A stretch of DNA of 64,000 nucleotides, from NCBI GenBank assembly GCA_963667725.2, contig CAXXHO010000003.1, positions 896,001-960,000 of the forward strand, given 5' to 3'. The position numbers were made by a program, and so were the translations under genes. The notes under the pieces were generated by a model. That model was not told the DNA's origin, searched no databases, and worked only from the letters and a program-made list of their open reading frames with translations. Shown in pieces: positions 26,555 to 35,832 of the stretch; the stretch's first letter is position 1, and the number at the start of each line of letters is the position of its first letter. Origin of the DNA: Treponemataceae bacterium (GTDB lineage: Bacteria > Spirochaetota > Spirochaetia > Treponematales > Rectinemataceae).

Positions 26555-27899
26555 AAAGGAAATTCTTTACTTCGGCGCAGAGATAGAAAGATCCGGTGAC
26601 GAGGAGAGCGGCCTGGCGGACTTCCGCCTCCGATACGGCCTTGGCAATAGCCGCCCCTGTGTCCTCCTCGAGCGCCGCGTCGGGTCTCAAAGCCTTGAAA
26701 CTGCCGAACACCGACTCAGGATCGCTCACCTTGAACGTACCCGGTTTCGTCACGACGATCGCGTCGAAATGCGGGGCGAGAAGGGCTGCCATCTCAGCGT
26801 GCCGCTTGTCATAGGCGCAGGCGAAGAGGAGAACCTTAGGGCCCGGAAAGAGCGAGGCCATGCTCTCCACTGTCAGGTGTATGGATTCGGGAGTGTGGGC
26901 TCCGTCCAGCACAATGGCCGGCCCCAGTCGGGCAAGTTCGAAGCGCGCGGGAAGTTTTGAGCGGGACAGTCCGCCGACGATGGCCTCCGCGCCGATTCCC
27001 GGCAGGGCGGTGGCCGCCGCCAGTGTCGCCAGGGCCATATTCTGGGCCTGTATGGCCCCTATCATGGGGCAGTGGACGCGCAGGCCTCCATCGCCAAGGA
27101 TGGTCGCCATGCCCGATTTAGAGCCCTCCATGGCCTCCAGCACGCAGCTCGTCCCTTCAGGGTCGATCCGTATATCCCTCGCGTCGATGTCGGCGCCGAG
27201 ACGCAGAAGCTCGCAGCCCCTTTCCGCCGCCGCGGCTTCGAAGACGCGGAGCGCCTCATCCTTCTGGCGCGCGATGCATGCCGGTCTGCCGGGCTTGATG
27301 ATTCCCGCCTTCTCGAAGGCGATTTTTCCTATCGTATCGCCCAGAAACTGCATGTGTTCGAGCTCTATCGGCGTGATCACCGAAACCTCGGGATCGACGA
27401 TGTTCGTGGAATCCAGCCTTCCCCCCAAACCCGTCTCGATGACTTGAACGTCGCAGCTCAAGGCCCTGAAGGCGCAGAAAGCCACAAGGGTGGTGAGTTC
27501 GAAATAGGTCGGCATTTCGTCGCCGGGATAATAGCTTGGGCTTTTGTCCTCGATAAAGGGCAGGACTTCTTCCATGGCCGAGATCAGGGCTTCTTCGGGC
27601 ATTTCCCTGTCGGGATAGGCTATGCGCTCCTTCCATCTGAGAATGTGCGGCGAGGTATAGAGGCCGACTTTCATGCCCGCCGACTGGAGGATGTTGGCGC
27701 ACATGGTGGACACGGAGCCTTTGCCCTTCGATCCGGCCACGTGGATCGTGAGCCTTCCCGAATGGGGATTGCCCAGCTTGTCGGCGAGGAAGAGCATCCT
27801 GTCCAGCTTGAACTCCGTCTTCTGTCCTTTTTCGACATTGACATAGCCCATCAAATATTCGAATACATCGTCCGACGTGGAGAAGCGCGATCTCGGCAT
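26541..27899 (-). CDS. folC: Folylpolyglutamate/dihydrofolate synthase
   Basis: HVAGSKGKGS, YTSPH, ETGLGGRLDSTN and LDGAHT. Confidence 0.95.
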   Translation of the reverse strand: MPRSRFSTSDDVFEYLMGYVNVEKGQKTEFKLDRMLFLADKLGNPHSGRLTIHVAGSKGKGSVSTMCANILQSAGMKVGLYTSPHILRWKERIAYPDREMPEEALISAMEEVLPFIEDKSPSYYPGDEMPTYFELTTLVAFCAFRALSCDVQVIETGLGGRLDSTNIVDPEVSVITPIELEHMQFLGDTIGKIAFEKAGIIKPGRPACIARQKDEALRVFEAAAAERGCELLRLGADIDARDIRIDPEGTSCVLEAMEGSKSGMATILGDGGLRVHCPMIGAIQAQNMALATLAAATALPGIGAEAIVGGLSRSKLPARFELARLGPAIVLDGAHTPESIHLTVESMASLFPGPKVLLFACAYDKRHAEMAALLAPHFDAIVVTKPGTFKVSDPESVFGSFKALRPDAALEEDTGAAIAKAVSEAEVRQAALLVTGSFYLCAEVKNFLSRAK

Positions 27900-28017
27900 A
27901 GGGCAAGCATGATGCTACAGGGAGGGCATCGTCAATCCCCGCCGTGAATTTGGCGTTTGGCGGCTTTGGCGGGAATCTGTTTCGGTCTATCAAGTAGCTT
28001 GAGCGGACTGCCGATAT

Positions 28018-29055
28018 TTGGCTCATGGAAGTGGTCACGTGAGAATGGTTCATCTTTTGGACAACATATACCGGGAGAGAAACCCCGCGAGAAAAAGAAC
28101 CCGCCCCTCGGTTTCGCGCGGCCACCCCAAGACCGAGGCTTCGCCTGGCGCTATGGCCGCTGTTTCGGCCAATGCCAGGGAAACGGAAAAGCCGGCATCA
28201 GCTCATGGATGTTTTGCCAAGAAGGCGCTCATCGTCGTCGAATCGGAAGGGGCGGTGTTCGATTCCCTCGCCCGGAACCATGAAAAGGCCTATCTCCCCG
28301 CCTTCGCAGGCTGTTTTTCCTGGGGCTTCGACGCCTCGGCATGCTCGGAACTCTGGCGCCGCCTCGCCCTGTCTTCCAAGCTTCGCGGACAGGAACCGCT
28401 TCTCATCCTTCTTTCCGCCCTGCGGCTTCTCAACAGGAGCTCCCCGTCCATACGGAGGGCCGCCGTCATCAGGGTGCTGGACAGCTACCTCGCGGCCCCG
28501 GCGAGGGATCCTTTGGGCTTCGCCTCCTCGCCCAAGGGCAGTCCCGAGCGCCTCATCCTGGACTGGATTTCCATGTCCGACTCCCTTCTCGACGAAGAGG
28601 ATTACGCTCCCGAATTCCCCACGGCTTCCAGCTTCCTGAAAACCCTGAAGTCCCTCGCGCCCGGAGCGCAGATTCTGGTCTACAGCAGTCTGCCCGAAGC
28701 CGTAGCCCTGAATCAGTGGGAGATGGCCGGCCTGGGGGACTGCTTTTTGAGGATTGCAGGCTCCGAGCGCGGGGATTTCGCTGGCTATCTGAGAACCGCC
28801 CTGAAGAATGGCTATGACACCGACCCCATCCTTGTCGTGGGAACTACCAGCATCGCGTGGCAGGCCGCGCAGGCTGTGGGCGCGCGGTTCTATCCCGTCA
28901 TGCCCGAAAAGGAAGAGGAGAGCTGGACCTATCTGGAAAACGAGTTTTTCCCCGCCTTCATGCGCGGCGAGGCTTCTCTCGTCGAGAGGGATTCGCGCGA
29001 TTTCATGCGCATGATGCTGGAGGATATTGACCTGCCGTCGATGGCGAAAGTTTGA
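28018..29055 (+). CDS. HAD-fold protein with degenerate catalytic motifs
   Basis: 'LIVVESEGAVFDS' resembles HAD motif I; 'ILVVG...AAQAVGARFYPVMPEKEEESW'. Start uncertain. Confidence 0.55.
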   Translation: MAHGSGHVRMVHLLDNIYRERNPARKRTRPSVSRGHPKTEASPGAMAAVSANARETEKPASAHGCFAKKALIVVESEGAVFDSLARNHEKAYLPAFAGCFSWGFDASACSELWRRLALSSKLRGQEPLLILLSALRLLNRSSPSIRRAAVIRVLDSYLAAPARDPLGFASSPKGSPERLILDWISMSDSLLDEEDYAPEFPTASSFLKTLKSLAPGAQILVYSSLPEAVALNQWEMAGLGDCFLRIAGSERGDFAGYLRTALKNGYDTDPILVVGTTSIAWQAAQAVGARFYPVMPEKEEESWTYLENEFFPAFMRGEASLVERDSRDFMRMMLEDIDLPSMAKV

Positions 29056-29069
29056 TTAGGATACATTAT

Positions 29070-29716
29070 ATGACTCTATTAAGTGACTTACTCGAATTTG
29101 AATTTAAAGAAGAATGCTGTAATGAAATGCTGGTTTCGTTAAGAAGCTTAAAAGGTGTCGCTATCGATGAAACTAAAGGTCAGATTTCAAGTAAATCAGA
29201 ATACTTCTGTTATGTACGTGAATCAGTATATTCAATTCTAGATAGAGCATCATCGATGTTGCCAGATGGCTATCAATTTTTGATAAAGGAAGGCTATAGG
29301 CCCGCTTCGATACAACAAGATCTGAGTTTGTCGCTCCATTGAATGTAGCAGGTCCTCCTACGGGTGGGGCGATTGATGTAACATTAACGGTAAACGGAAA
29401 AGAAGCATTTATGGGCACAAGGTTCAATGATGAGCCCAGTGAAACTGATAATAAAACATATTTAGATTCTTCAAATATCAGCAAAGCGGAAAAAGAATAT
29501 AGAAAAATTCTATCAGAAACCTTATCTGCCGCAGGCTTTATAAACTATCCACCAGAATGGTGGCATTGGTCGTTTGGTGACAAATATTGGGCATATATCA
29601 AGGATGATTTTGAAAAATATAGCATAATTCATGATAACGAGATAAAAAATCTAACTTCGAAGGATCCTGCTTCATTCTATCAGGAGGAAACACGATGCAG
29701 AAAAAAGCCTTGGTAA
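29070..29716 (+). pseudogene. Disrupted D-Ala-D-Ala dipeptidase (VanX/DdpX, peptidase M15)
   Basis: The 5' part ends 'KEGYRPASIQQ'. A different frame resumes at ~29321 with 'SEFVAPLNVAGPPTGGAIDVTL...MGTRF...PEWWHWSFGD'. Confidence 0.8.
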
Positions 29717-30186
29717 TAATCGATATTCAAAATGACATAACGAAGAATTACAAGGATGTCATTGGCAATATCAATAAAGCTATTGATTGGGCAATCAATA
29801 ATAATATTCATCTAGTTTATATACGGCATGAAAATTTATCAGCCGGAACAAGGACATTTAAGCCCAATACACATGGGTCGGAATTAGCTTCAGACTTGAA
29901 AATTGCGTCAAATAATGTTTTTACGAAATACAAAGGAAACGCCTTAAGCTGTGAAGAGTTCGCGGACTTTATCGGCAAAAATGAAATAGGTGATTTCTAC
30001 ATAGCAGGAGCGGATGCCGTGGCATGTGTTAAATCAACCTGCTACAACTTATGCAAAGCAAATTATCGCGTTAATGTCCTGTCAGATTGCGTTACCAGTT
30101 ATGACAAAAGGAAAATTGACGAAATGCTGCGTTATTATGAATGCAAAGGCAGTAAAATTATTTGTTTGAATGACCTGCTAATTTGA
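29695..30186 (+). CDS. Isochorismatase-family cysteine hydrolase
   Basis: 'KALVIIDIQND', 'FTK' and 'GADAVACV' give the Asp-Lys-Cys triad. Confidence 0.88.
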   Translation: MQKKALVIIDIQNDITKNYKDVIGNINKAIDWAINNNIHLVYIRHENLSAGTRTFKPNTHGSELASDLKIASNNVFTKYKGNALSCEEFADFIGKNEIGDFYIAGADAVACVKSTCYNLCKANYRVNVLSDCVTSYDKRKIDEMLRYYECKGSKIICLNDLLI

Positions 30187-30210
30187 GCTGTTTCCAGGGT
30201 AAGCCAATGT

Positions 30211-32589
30211 TCAGACTGTGGCCAGGGACAAAAAGAGCGGCCAGCGTACCGTTCCGATCTTTTTTCCGAGCAGTTCTTTGAGGCCGACTAACGCTTCGGC
30301 GCCGAGATTCGCGCGCAGCGCTGCGCCATAGTCGCTTTCCGCGGACAGCCAGGTCTCGATTTCCGCCGCCGTCAGATAGCGGTCGTAGGTCAGGCGCTCA
30401 ACGCGCATGGCCGGTTTATTCGATATTCCCGCTTTTTTCAGATGGCTTGAGAAAATCTTCCCCGCCTTTTCCTCATCCTGGCGGATCGCGTCCGCGGCAA
30501 GGCTCGGTCCGCCTCCGCGTTTTTTTTCGAAGGCTTCCAGCGCGTCGATGAGTTCCTTGGTTTTCGGGTCGGGGTCCTCGAAATTCAACTTCAGCATTTC
30601 GGAAAGATAGCTGGACCTGCCGCCCAGAATGTCGAAAAAGGCTATGCCGGCGGGGGCGGCTGCGGCGAGGGCGGTCGTGGAAGCGGCGAGGGCTGATTCG
30701 ACGTATGCCCAATAATCGAAGGAAGGATCGTGGCGGCCGAGAGGCTCGCAGATAAGTATTCTGTCGAAGGCCGCGAATCCGAAGCCTTTCTCCAGCCAGC
30801 TGGGGGCGGAAGGAGCGAGCGCGGCGGGCGTGACGGCTATCGGGCGCAGGAGTTCGGGGATGTCCGAGGTGAGCCGCTCGAGCTGGGTCCGGGCTTCCTC
30901 GTTCTCCACAAGGACGGCTACCGTTCCCTCAGGGGCGCGCCTGGCGGCCTCGAGGGCGTAGAAACCCTTCCTTGGATCCAGGACGAGGATAGTATCGGAT
31001 CTGCCGCAGGCTATGGCGTCGAAGATGAAGGCGCGGGCGAGGCGGAGCCTGAGCGAAGCTGTTCCCTCGGCTCTGGATACCCATTTCTTCCGCCGCTCGC
31101 CTTCCTTGGACCAGACTGAAAGTCCCGGCTTGGCCTGAGCGCGGCTTTCCTCCACATCTTCCTCGATGAGGGAGAGCTGGGCCTCCCTCCGCTCGAGAAC
31201 ATCGGCCTTCCGCGTACCTTCGAAACCGGTGGAGCCGGGGAAATAGAAGACGCTGCGTTTCAGCGATTCGGGCAGATACTGCTGGGCGACCCAATGGTCC
31301 TTGTAGGCGTGGGGATATTTGTAGCCTTCGCCATGGCCGAATCCGACGGAATCCCTGTTGGCGTCCTTGAGATGGTCGGGCACTTCGGCGCCTTCCTCCT
31401 CGACGGCCTTCAGCGCGTCGAAGTAGCCCATCGTCGAATTGGATTTCGGGCAGGTGGCAAGGTAGAGGGCGGCGAGGCTCAGGTGATACTGACCTTCGGG
31501 CATGCCTATGCGGTCGAAGGCCTGGGCACAGGAAGATACGACCTGAAGGGCGTTGGGGTCGGCGAGGCCTATGTCCTCGGCCGCTGATATGAACATCCTG
31601 CGGAAAATGAAGGAAGGATCTTCGCCGGCATAGACCATGCGCGCGAGCCAGTAGAGGGCAGCGTCGGGGTCGGAACCCCTGAGGCTCTTTATGAAGGCGC
31701 TGATCGCGTCGTAGTGGTAATCGCCGTCCTTGTCATAGAGGACGACGCGTTTCTGGATGCTTTCTTCAGAGGTTTCGAGACTCACCCTTATGCTCGTGCC
31801 CGCCTCTGGCGGCCAGCGGTCCACCGAGGTTTCTATGGCGAGTTCGAGGGCGTTGAGAAGGCTGCGCGCGTCGCCGTCAGCCGTGTGGATGAGGTGCTCG
31901 AGGGCTCCTTCCTCGAACTCGACGTCATATTCCCCGTAGCCGCGCTCCCTGTCGCCCAGGGTCATCTGCGCTATGCGCGCCAGGTCTTCGTCGGTGAGCG
32001 TCCTGAGGAGGAAGACGCGGGAACGTGAGACGAGGGCGCGGTTCACCTCGAAGAAGGGGTTTTCCGTCGTGGCGCCGATGAGGACGACCGTGCCGTTCTC
32101 GACCCAGGGGAGGAGGGCGTCCTGCTGGCTCTTGTTCCAGCGATGGACTTCGTCGACGAAGAGGATGGTGCGCAGCGAGTAGAGTTCGTAGTGGCGGCGC
32201 GCCCTTTCGATGGACTCCCTGAGTTCGGCGACGCCCGAGAGGACGGCGTTGAGGGCGATGAAGTCGCTGCGGGTGGTGTTGGCTATGATGCGGGCGAGCG
32301 TGGTTTTTCCGGTGCCCGGGGGGCCGGAGAGAATGATCGAGGAGAGCTGGTCTTTCTGGATGGCCCGCCTAAGGAGTCTTCCTGGGCCCACGATCTGTTC
32401 CTGGCCGGTGAACTCGTCGAGGGTACGGGGACGCATTCGGGAGGCGAGGGGTTCGCGGCCCGGGAACTGCGTTCCCGGGCCGCCGCGGAGCCCTTCCCGG
32501 GCTGCCGCCCCGCTGCCGCCGCCCAAGAGCGCGCCCTTGGGCGAACCCTGAGGCGCGGCGAACAGCGGGTTGTCGCTTTCCCTTGCCAT
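30211..32589 (-). CDS. rarA: Replication-associated recombination protein A (RarA/MgsA) with a long C-terminal extension
   Basis: '[13 protein letters not shown]', [13 protein letters not shown], 'GATTENP', '[22 protein letters not shown]' and 'GYKYPH'. Confidence 0.93.
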   Translation of the reverse strand: MARESDNPLFAAPQGSPKGALLGGGSGAAAREGLRGGPGTQFPGREPLASRMRPRTLDEFTGQEQIVGPGRLLRRAIQKDQLSSIILSGPPGTGKTTLARIIANTTRSDFIALNAVLSGVAELRESIERARRHYELYSLRTILFVDEVHRWNKSQQDALLPWVENGTVVLIGATTENPFFEVNRALVSRSRVFLLRTLTDEDLARIAQMTLGDRERGYGEYDVEFEEGALEHLIHTADGDARSLLNALELAIETSVDRWPPEAGTSIRVSLETSEESIQKRVVLYDKDGDYHYDAISAFIKSLRGSDPDAALYWLARMVYAGEDPSFIFRRMFISAAEDIGLADPNALQVVSSCAQAFDRIGMPEGQYHLSLAALYLATCPKSNSTMGYFDALKAVEEEGAEVPDHLKDANRDSVGFGHGEGYKYPHAYKDHWVAQQYLPESLKRSVFYFPGSTGFEGTRKADVLERREAQLSLIEEDVEESRAQAKPGLSVWSKEGERRKKWVSRAEGTASLRLRLARAFIFDAIACGRSDTILVLDPRKGFYALEAARRAPEGTVAVLVENEEARTQLERLTSDIPELLRPIAVTPAALAPSAPSWLEKGFGFAAFDRILICEPLGRHDPSFDYWAYVESALAASTTALAAAAPAGIAFFDILGGRSSYLSEMLKLNFEDPDPKTKELIDALEAFEKKRGGGPSLAADAIRQDEEKAGKIFSSHLKKAGISNKPAMRVERLTYDRYLTAAEIETWLSAESDYGAALRANLGAEALVGLKELLGKKIGTVRWPLFLSLATV

Positions 32590-32590
32590 T

Positions 32591-33721
32591 CTATTCCGCG
32601 GTCCAGCCGGACCAGGTGCTTCCGCTCACCGTATTGGAGTAGAGCGCGTAGGTATCGGTGCCCTGGGCTGCCAGCCCTATCAGAAGGGTCTTGTTCGTCG
32701 CGGAATAGTAAAAGGCCATTACCGGCTTCGTGTAGATAGTCGTCGTATAGGAACTCGCTGTGGGAGCGAAAATGGCGTCGGCGTTGTTGCCGACGATTGG
32801 GTCGGCGGTCGATCCGACAGTGTATTCGTAATAGCCGTATCCGGAATTATTCTTAGCCACGAGGAGGCGGTAGGCGCTGGCCGCATCGTCGATGGGAACT
32901 TCGGCGAGGACGCCGAGGCTTACGCTTGAGGCCAGGTTGTCGGATGTCCAAGTTGAAGCCGAGCATGTATAAAGATCGCCGTCCGATGTCGTGACATGGA
33001 CCTTGCCTGCCGAATCGGAGGCTACGGCTTTGAGGGTCTCGCCCGCCGATGAGGGCCCGCTCGCCGTCTGTTCGGTAAAAGTTCCCAGACTTGTCGTCCT
33101 GTAGAGCTTGGACGAAGTGATAGCCCAGTAGGCGCTATCACCATAGACGAGCCCCTGGACGGGAATGTCCAGGCCGGTCAATCCGGCGCTGACGAAAGCG
33201 CTTCCGTTATAGTAATAGAGGTCGTAGGTCGCTAGCTCTTCGGTATCGGTATGTGCGGCCGCGAATAGCGTCCCGTTGGCGTAAAAAAGAGAGTCGACAA
33301 TCTTCGCCGCGAATTCGCCGCTGTCCATCTTGGTCCAGGCGGTAGCGCCCGAATCGGCGGTGGAGTAGATTCCCTTGAGTGCTGTCGTGGACGTGTTCGC
33401 GGTGGCGATATAGACGGTTCCCGCGCCGTTCGACGCAAGCCCCACACAGTAATAGTCGGAATCGCCATTCACCGGCATTACTAGCCATGTGTCGCCGCTG
33501 ATCGGCCGGTAGAAAACCTTGGCCATAGCGGCATAGTAATTGCTGCCGTCTTCGGCCAGGGCTTTGACGGTGACATTCTTGAATACATCGGTGCCCACTT
33601 GGGCTTTCTCGGTCTGTATTTCGTGAAAGACGCCGAAACTGTTGTCGCAGGCTGCGAAGGCGATACTTGCCGCGACGGCGAGAATTACCAGAAACGCAGG
33701 GTTCAGTTGTTTTATTTTCAT
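32591..33721 (-). CDS. Ser/Thr/Tyr-rich lipoprotein, possibly beta-propeller
   Basis: Lipobox FAAC, and repeats such as 'IYSTADSGATAW' and 'LYRTTSLGTF'. Confidence 0.65.
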   Translation of the reverse strand: MKIKQLNPAFLVILAVAASIAFAACDNSFGVFHEIQTEKAQVGTDVFKNVTVKALAEDGSNYYAAMAKVFYRPISGDTWLVMPVNGDSDYYCVGLASNGAGTVYIATANTSTTALKGIYSTADSGATAWTKMDSGEFAAKIVDSLFYANGTLFAAAHTDTEELATYDLYYYNGSAFVSAGLTGLDIPVQGLVYGDSAYWAITSSKLYRTTSLGTFTEQTASGPSSAGETLKAVASDSAGKVHVTTSDGDLYTCSASTWTSDNLASSVSLGVLAEVPIDDAASAYRLLVAKNNSGYGYYEYTVGSTADPIVGNNADAIFAPTASSYTTTIYTKPVMAFYYSATNKTLLIGLAAQGTDTYALYSNTVSGSTWSGWTAE

Positions 33722-33732
33722 TATTCTCGCTC

Positions 33733-34335
33733 CTAGAAGTGGTAGACGGCGCCGACGGAAATTTCGAGGAAATTGGCGTATCTGGTGAGGTCGCTGTTAA
33801 CGCCGAAGTGCAGTTCGGGGATCAGCCACCAGAAAACCTGGCCGCCAAGGCTCCATGCCTCGCTTACCTGGGTGAAAACGCCGCCTCCGAGTTTCGCGAA
33901 GGGGCTGATCGTGCCATCCCCCGAAAGTCTGAGGACGGTGGCTCCGACATCCAGTCCCACCGTGTATTCCATCGGTTCCTTGCCCCACCAGTAGCCCAGT
34001 CTGAAGGCGACCGGCGCCACGAAGAGGGTCCGCCCACCCACCGTGGTGTTGAAGGCTCCGCAGAGCGAACCGCCAATCGTGAGTCTATTGGCCACGAAGT
34101 ACTGATATCCGAGGCTGAATGAGGCGCCCACGCCCAGCGGCGTGGCTTCCGTCGCGAGAGCGTCGGCGGGAAGAATGAATAGCGGTATTCCGGCTCCTGT
34201 CGTGAGCGAGATGATCTGGCTGCCCTTTCTGTGCAGACCCCCGAAATAATTCTGGTTTTCATCGCCATCCTGCGCGAAAAGGGGCAAGGCAACAAGAAGC
34301 ATGAGCAGACCGATGGCGGCAATCTTTCGTTTCAT
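33733..34335 (-). CDS. Small outer-membrane beta-barrel (TP0733/OmpW-like)
   Basis: Signal peptide MKRKIAA...LFAQ, about 8 amphipathic strands and a C-terminal 'ISVGAVYHF' beta-signal. Confidence 0.75.
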   Translation of the reverse strand: MKRKIAAIGLLMLLVALPLFAQDGDENQNYFGGLHRKGSQIISLTTGAGIPLFILPADALATEATPLGVGASFSLGYQYFVANRLTIGGSLCGAFNTTVGGRTLFVAPVAFRLGYWWGKEPMEYTVGLDVGATVLRLSGDGTISPFAKLGGGVFTQVSEAWSLGGQVFWWLIPELHFGVNSDLTRYANFLEISVGAVYHF

Positions 34336-34429
34336 CTTTCCTCCACAAAAATCGGAACGGTAAACAATGCAAGAGCCTGATGCGGCACTATAGCACGAAA
34401 GGCATTGTCTCCACCACGGAGCGCTGGCA

Positions 34430-34981
34430 TCAGCGCGCGCCAACGCGGCGCGATGTCCGGGCGAGCACCGTCCACCATGCCCGATCCAGATCCCGGCTGT
34501 CGCTCTCTATCCTGTAGAGCAAAGCGTCCAGGTGCCGAAATGAAAATGCGCCGAAAGGGGGCGGCGTAACATTATTTCCAACGAAAAAACCCCTTCCCGG
34601 CGAAAGAGGCGGCGAATCCATGGGACTGAGGCCAGTTTCCTTGGCGATATGATCGGCCGCCTTGAGGATTCCTCCGGAAAGAGGCGTTTCCGGGACTATA
34701 TACCATTTCCCGTCGACGAGCGCGACGGAAGAGAAATGAAGGAGGGGAGGGAGATCGGCGAAAAGGCTCTGGGCATTCTTCCTGAACGGTTTGTCGCTGA
34801 ACGCGACTTTTCCCGAACCTTTTTTCGAATAAAACCCGAGATAGATGGCTTCCGGCAGCGCTGAAGCTTCTGAACTGTCCCCGGATCTGAAGGCGAATGA
34901 GCGTATTTCCCGTATCGAGCGGATTATATTGCCTTCCGGCACGAGCGCGATCGCGAAAATTGCCATTCCTCTTCCTTTCAT
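34430..34981 (-). CDS. Hypothetical protein
   Basis: Fills the gap between neighbours with a plausible composition; start may be 34966. Confidence 0.55.
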   Translation of the reverse strand: MKGRGMAIFAIALVPEGNIIRSIREIRSFAFRSGDSSEASALPEAIYLGFYSKKGSGKVAFSDKPFRKNAQSLFADLPPLLHFSSVALVDGKWYIVPETPLSGGILKAADHIAKETGLSPMDSPPLSPGRGFFVGNNVTPPPFGAFSFRHLDALLYRIESDSRDLDRAWWTVLARTSRRVGAR

Positions 34982-35044
34982 CGATGGAACTTGCCGAAAT
35001 TCTATGGTACTATTTTAGCCTAGAGATCGTAAAGGTGGACGGCT

Positions 35045-35815
35045 ATGGAACACAAGGTAGAAGCGCTGACCAATTTTCTCAAGGAAACCATTTCGGGGTG
35101 GAGCAATGTCGAATGCATCACCATGGATCCCAGGTCGGAAAATTACGCTTATGATCCCTACTTCGCCCTGGTCATCGATGTGTACTGCAGCGGACAGGTG
35201 CCTTCTCCGGAAAAACGCAGGGATGCCTTTGGCGACCCAGGGGATTTCGAAACGGCCGCGGGCATGACGAAAGACAGATTTTTCCTTCAGGAAATGCCCA
35301 TCCGTATTGAGTACAAAGATATAGGTCTCATGAACAAGATGATAGCGCAGCCCGACCATCATCTAAAGCTCCTCAAGAATTCGGGCACCTACCCCTTTTA
35401 CCGCCTCAAATACAACAAGGTCATCTTCAGCGCCACGGGATGGATCGATAAGATACGTCTCGATCTCGAGAACTTTCCCGACACCGCGTGGGAAGCTCTC
35501 TGGGACAGCTTCAGCTCCAAGATGGAGCACTATCTCTCCGATATGGGCGCCGCCTCTTTCTCCGACGATAAGTTTTTCCTCATCCTCTCGGAAGCCGGTT
35601 TCTTCCGCTATGCGGCGGCCAGCGTATTCATGGTGAACAAGCAGTTCGAGCCCTCCCACAGGGATATCGAAGCGCATCTGCGCCTGCTGCCCATCGTGCC
35701 CGAAGGATTCTGGACGACCTGGGAGGCGCTGCTGCAGAAAGAGTGCGAAATGTCGCCCGGCAAGCGTTTCGAGATAGCGAGAATGCTTGCCAGTTCGGTG
35801 CTTTCTCTGCGCTGA
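35045..35815 (+). CDS. DUF4037-type / nucleotidyltransferase-like protein
   Basis: N-terminal NTase-like strand 'DPYFALVIDVY' and a helical C-terminus 'VFMVNKQFEPSHR...LPIVPEGF'. Confidence 0.6.
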   Translation: MEHKVEALTNFLKETISGWSNVECITMDPRSENYAYDPYFALVIDVYCSGQVPSPEKRRDAFGDPGDFETAAGMTKDRFFLQEMPIRIEYKDIGLMNKMIAQPDHHLKLLKNSGTYPFYRLKYNKVIFSATGWIDKIRLDLENFPDTAWEALWDSFSSKMEHYLSDMGAASFSDDKFFLILSEAGFFRYAAASVFMVNKQFEPSHRDIEAHLRLLPIVPEGFWTTWEALLQKECEMSPGKRFEIARMLASSVLSLR

Positions 35816-35832
35816 TTGGAGATGACTGACAC

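Larger units (their letters stand above)
29052..30210. other. AT-rich islet, probably horizontally acquired
   Basis: Abrupt fall in GC (22/60 G+C in line 29401) against GC-rich flanks; no integrase or terminal repeats seen. Confidence 0.75.

Noticed and set aside
29310..29345. Programmed frameshift in the M15 peptidase gene
   Set aside because: No slippery heptamer, sequence appears to be missing at the junction, and the Zn-ligand His is also lost.
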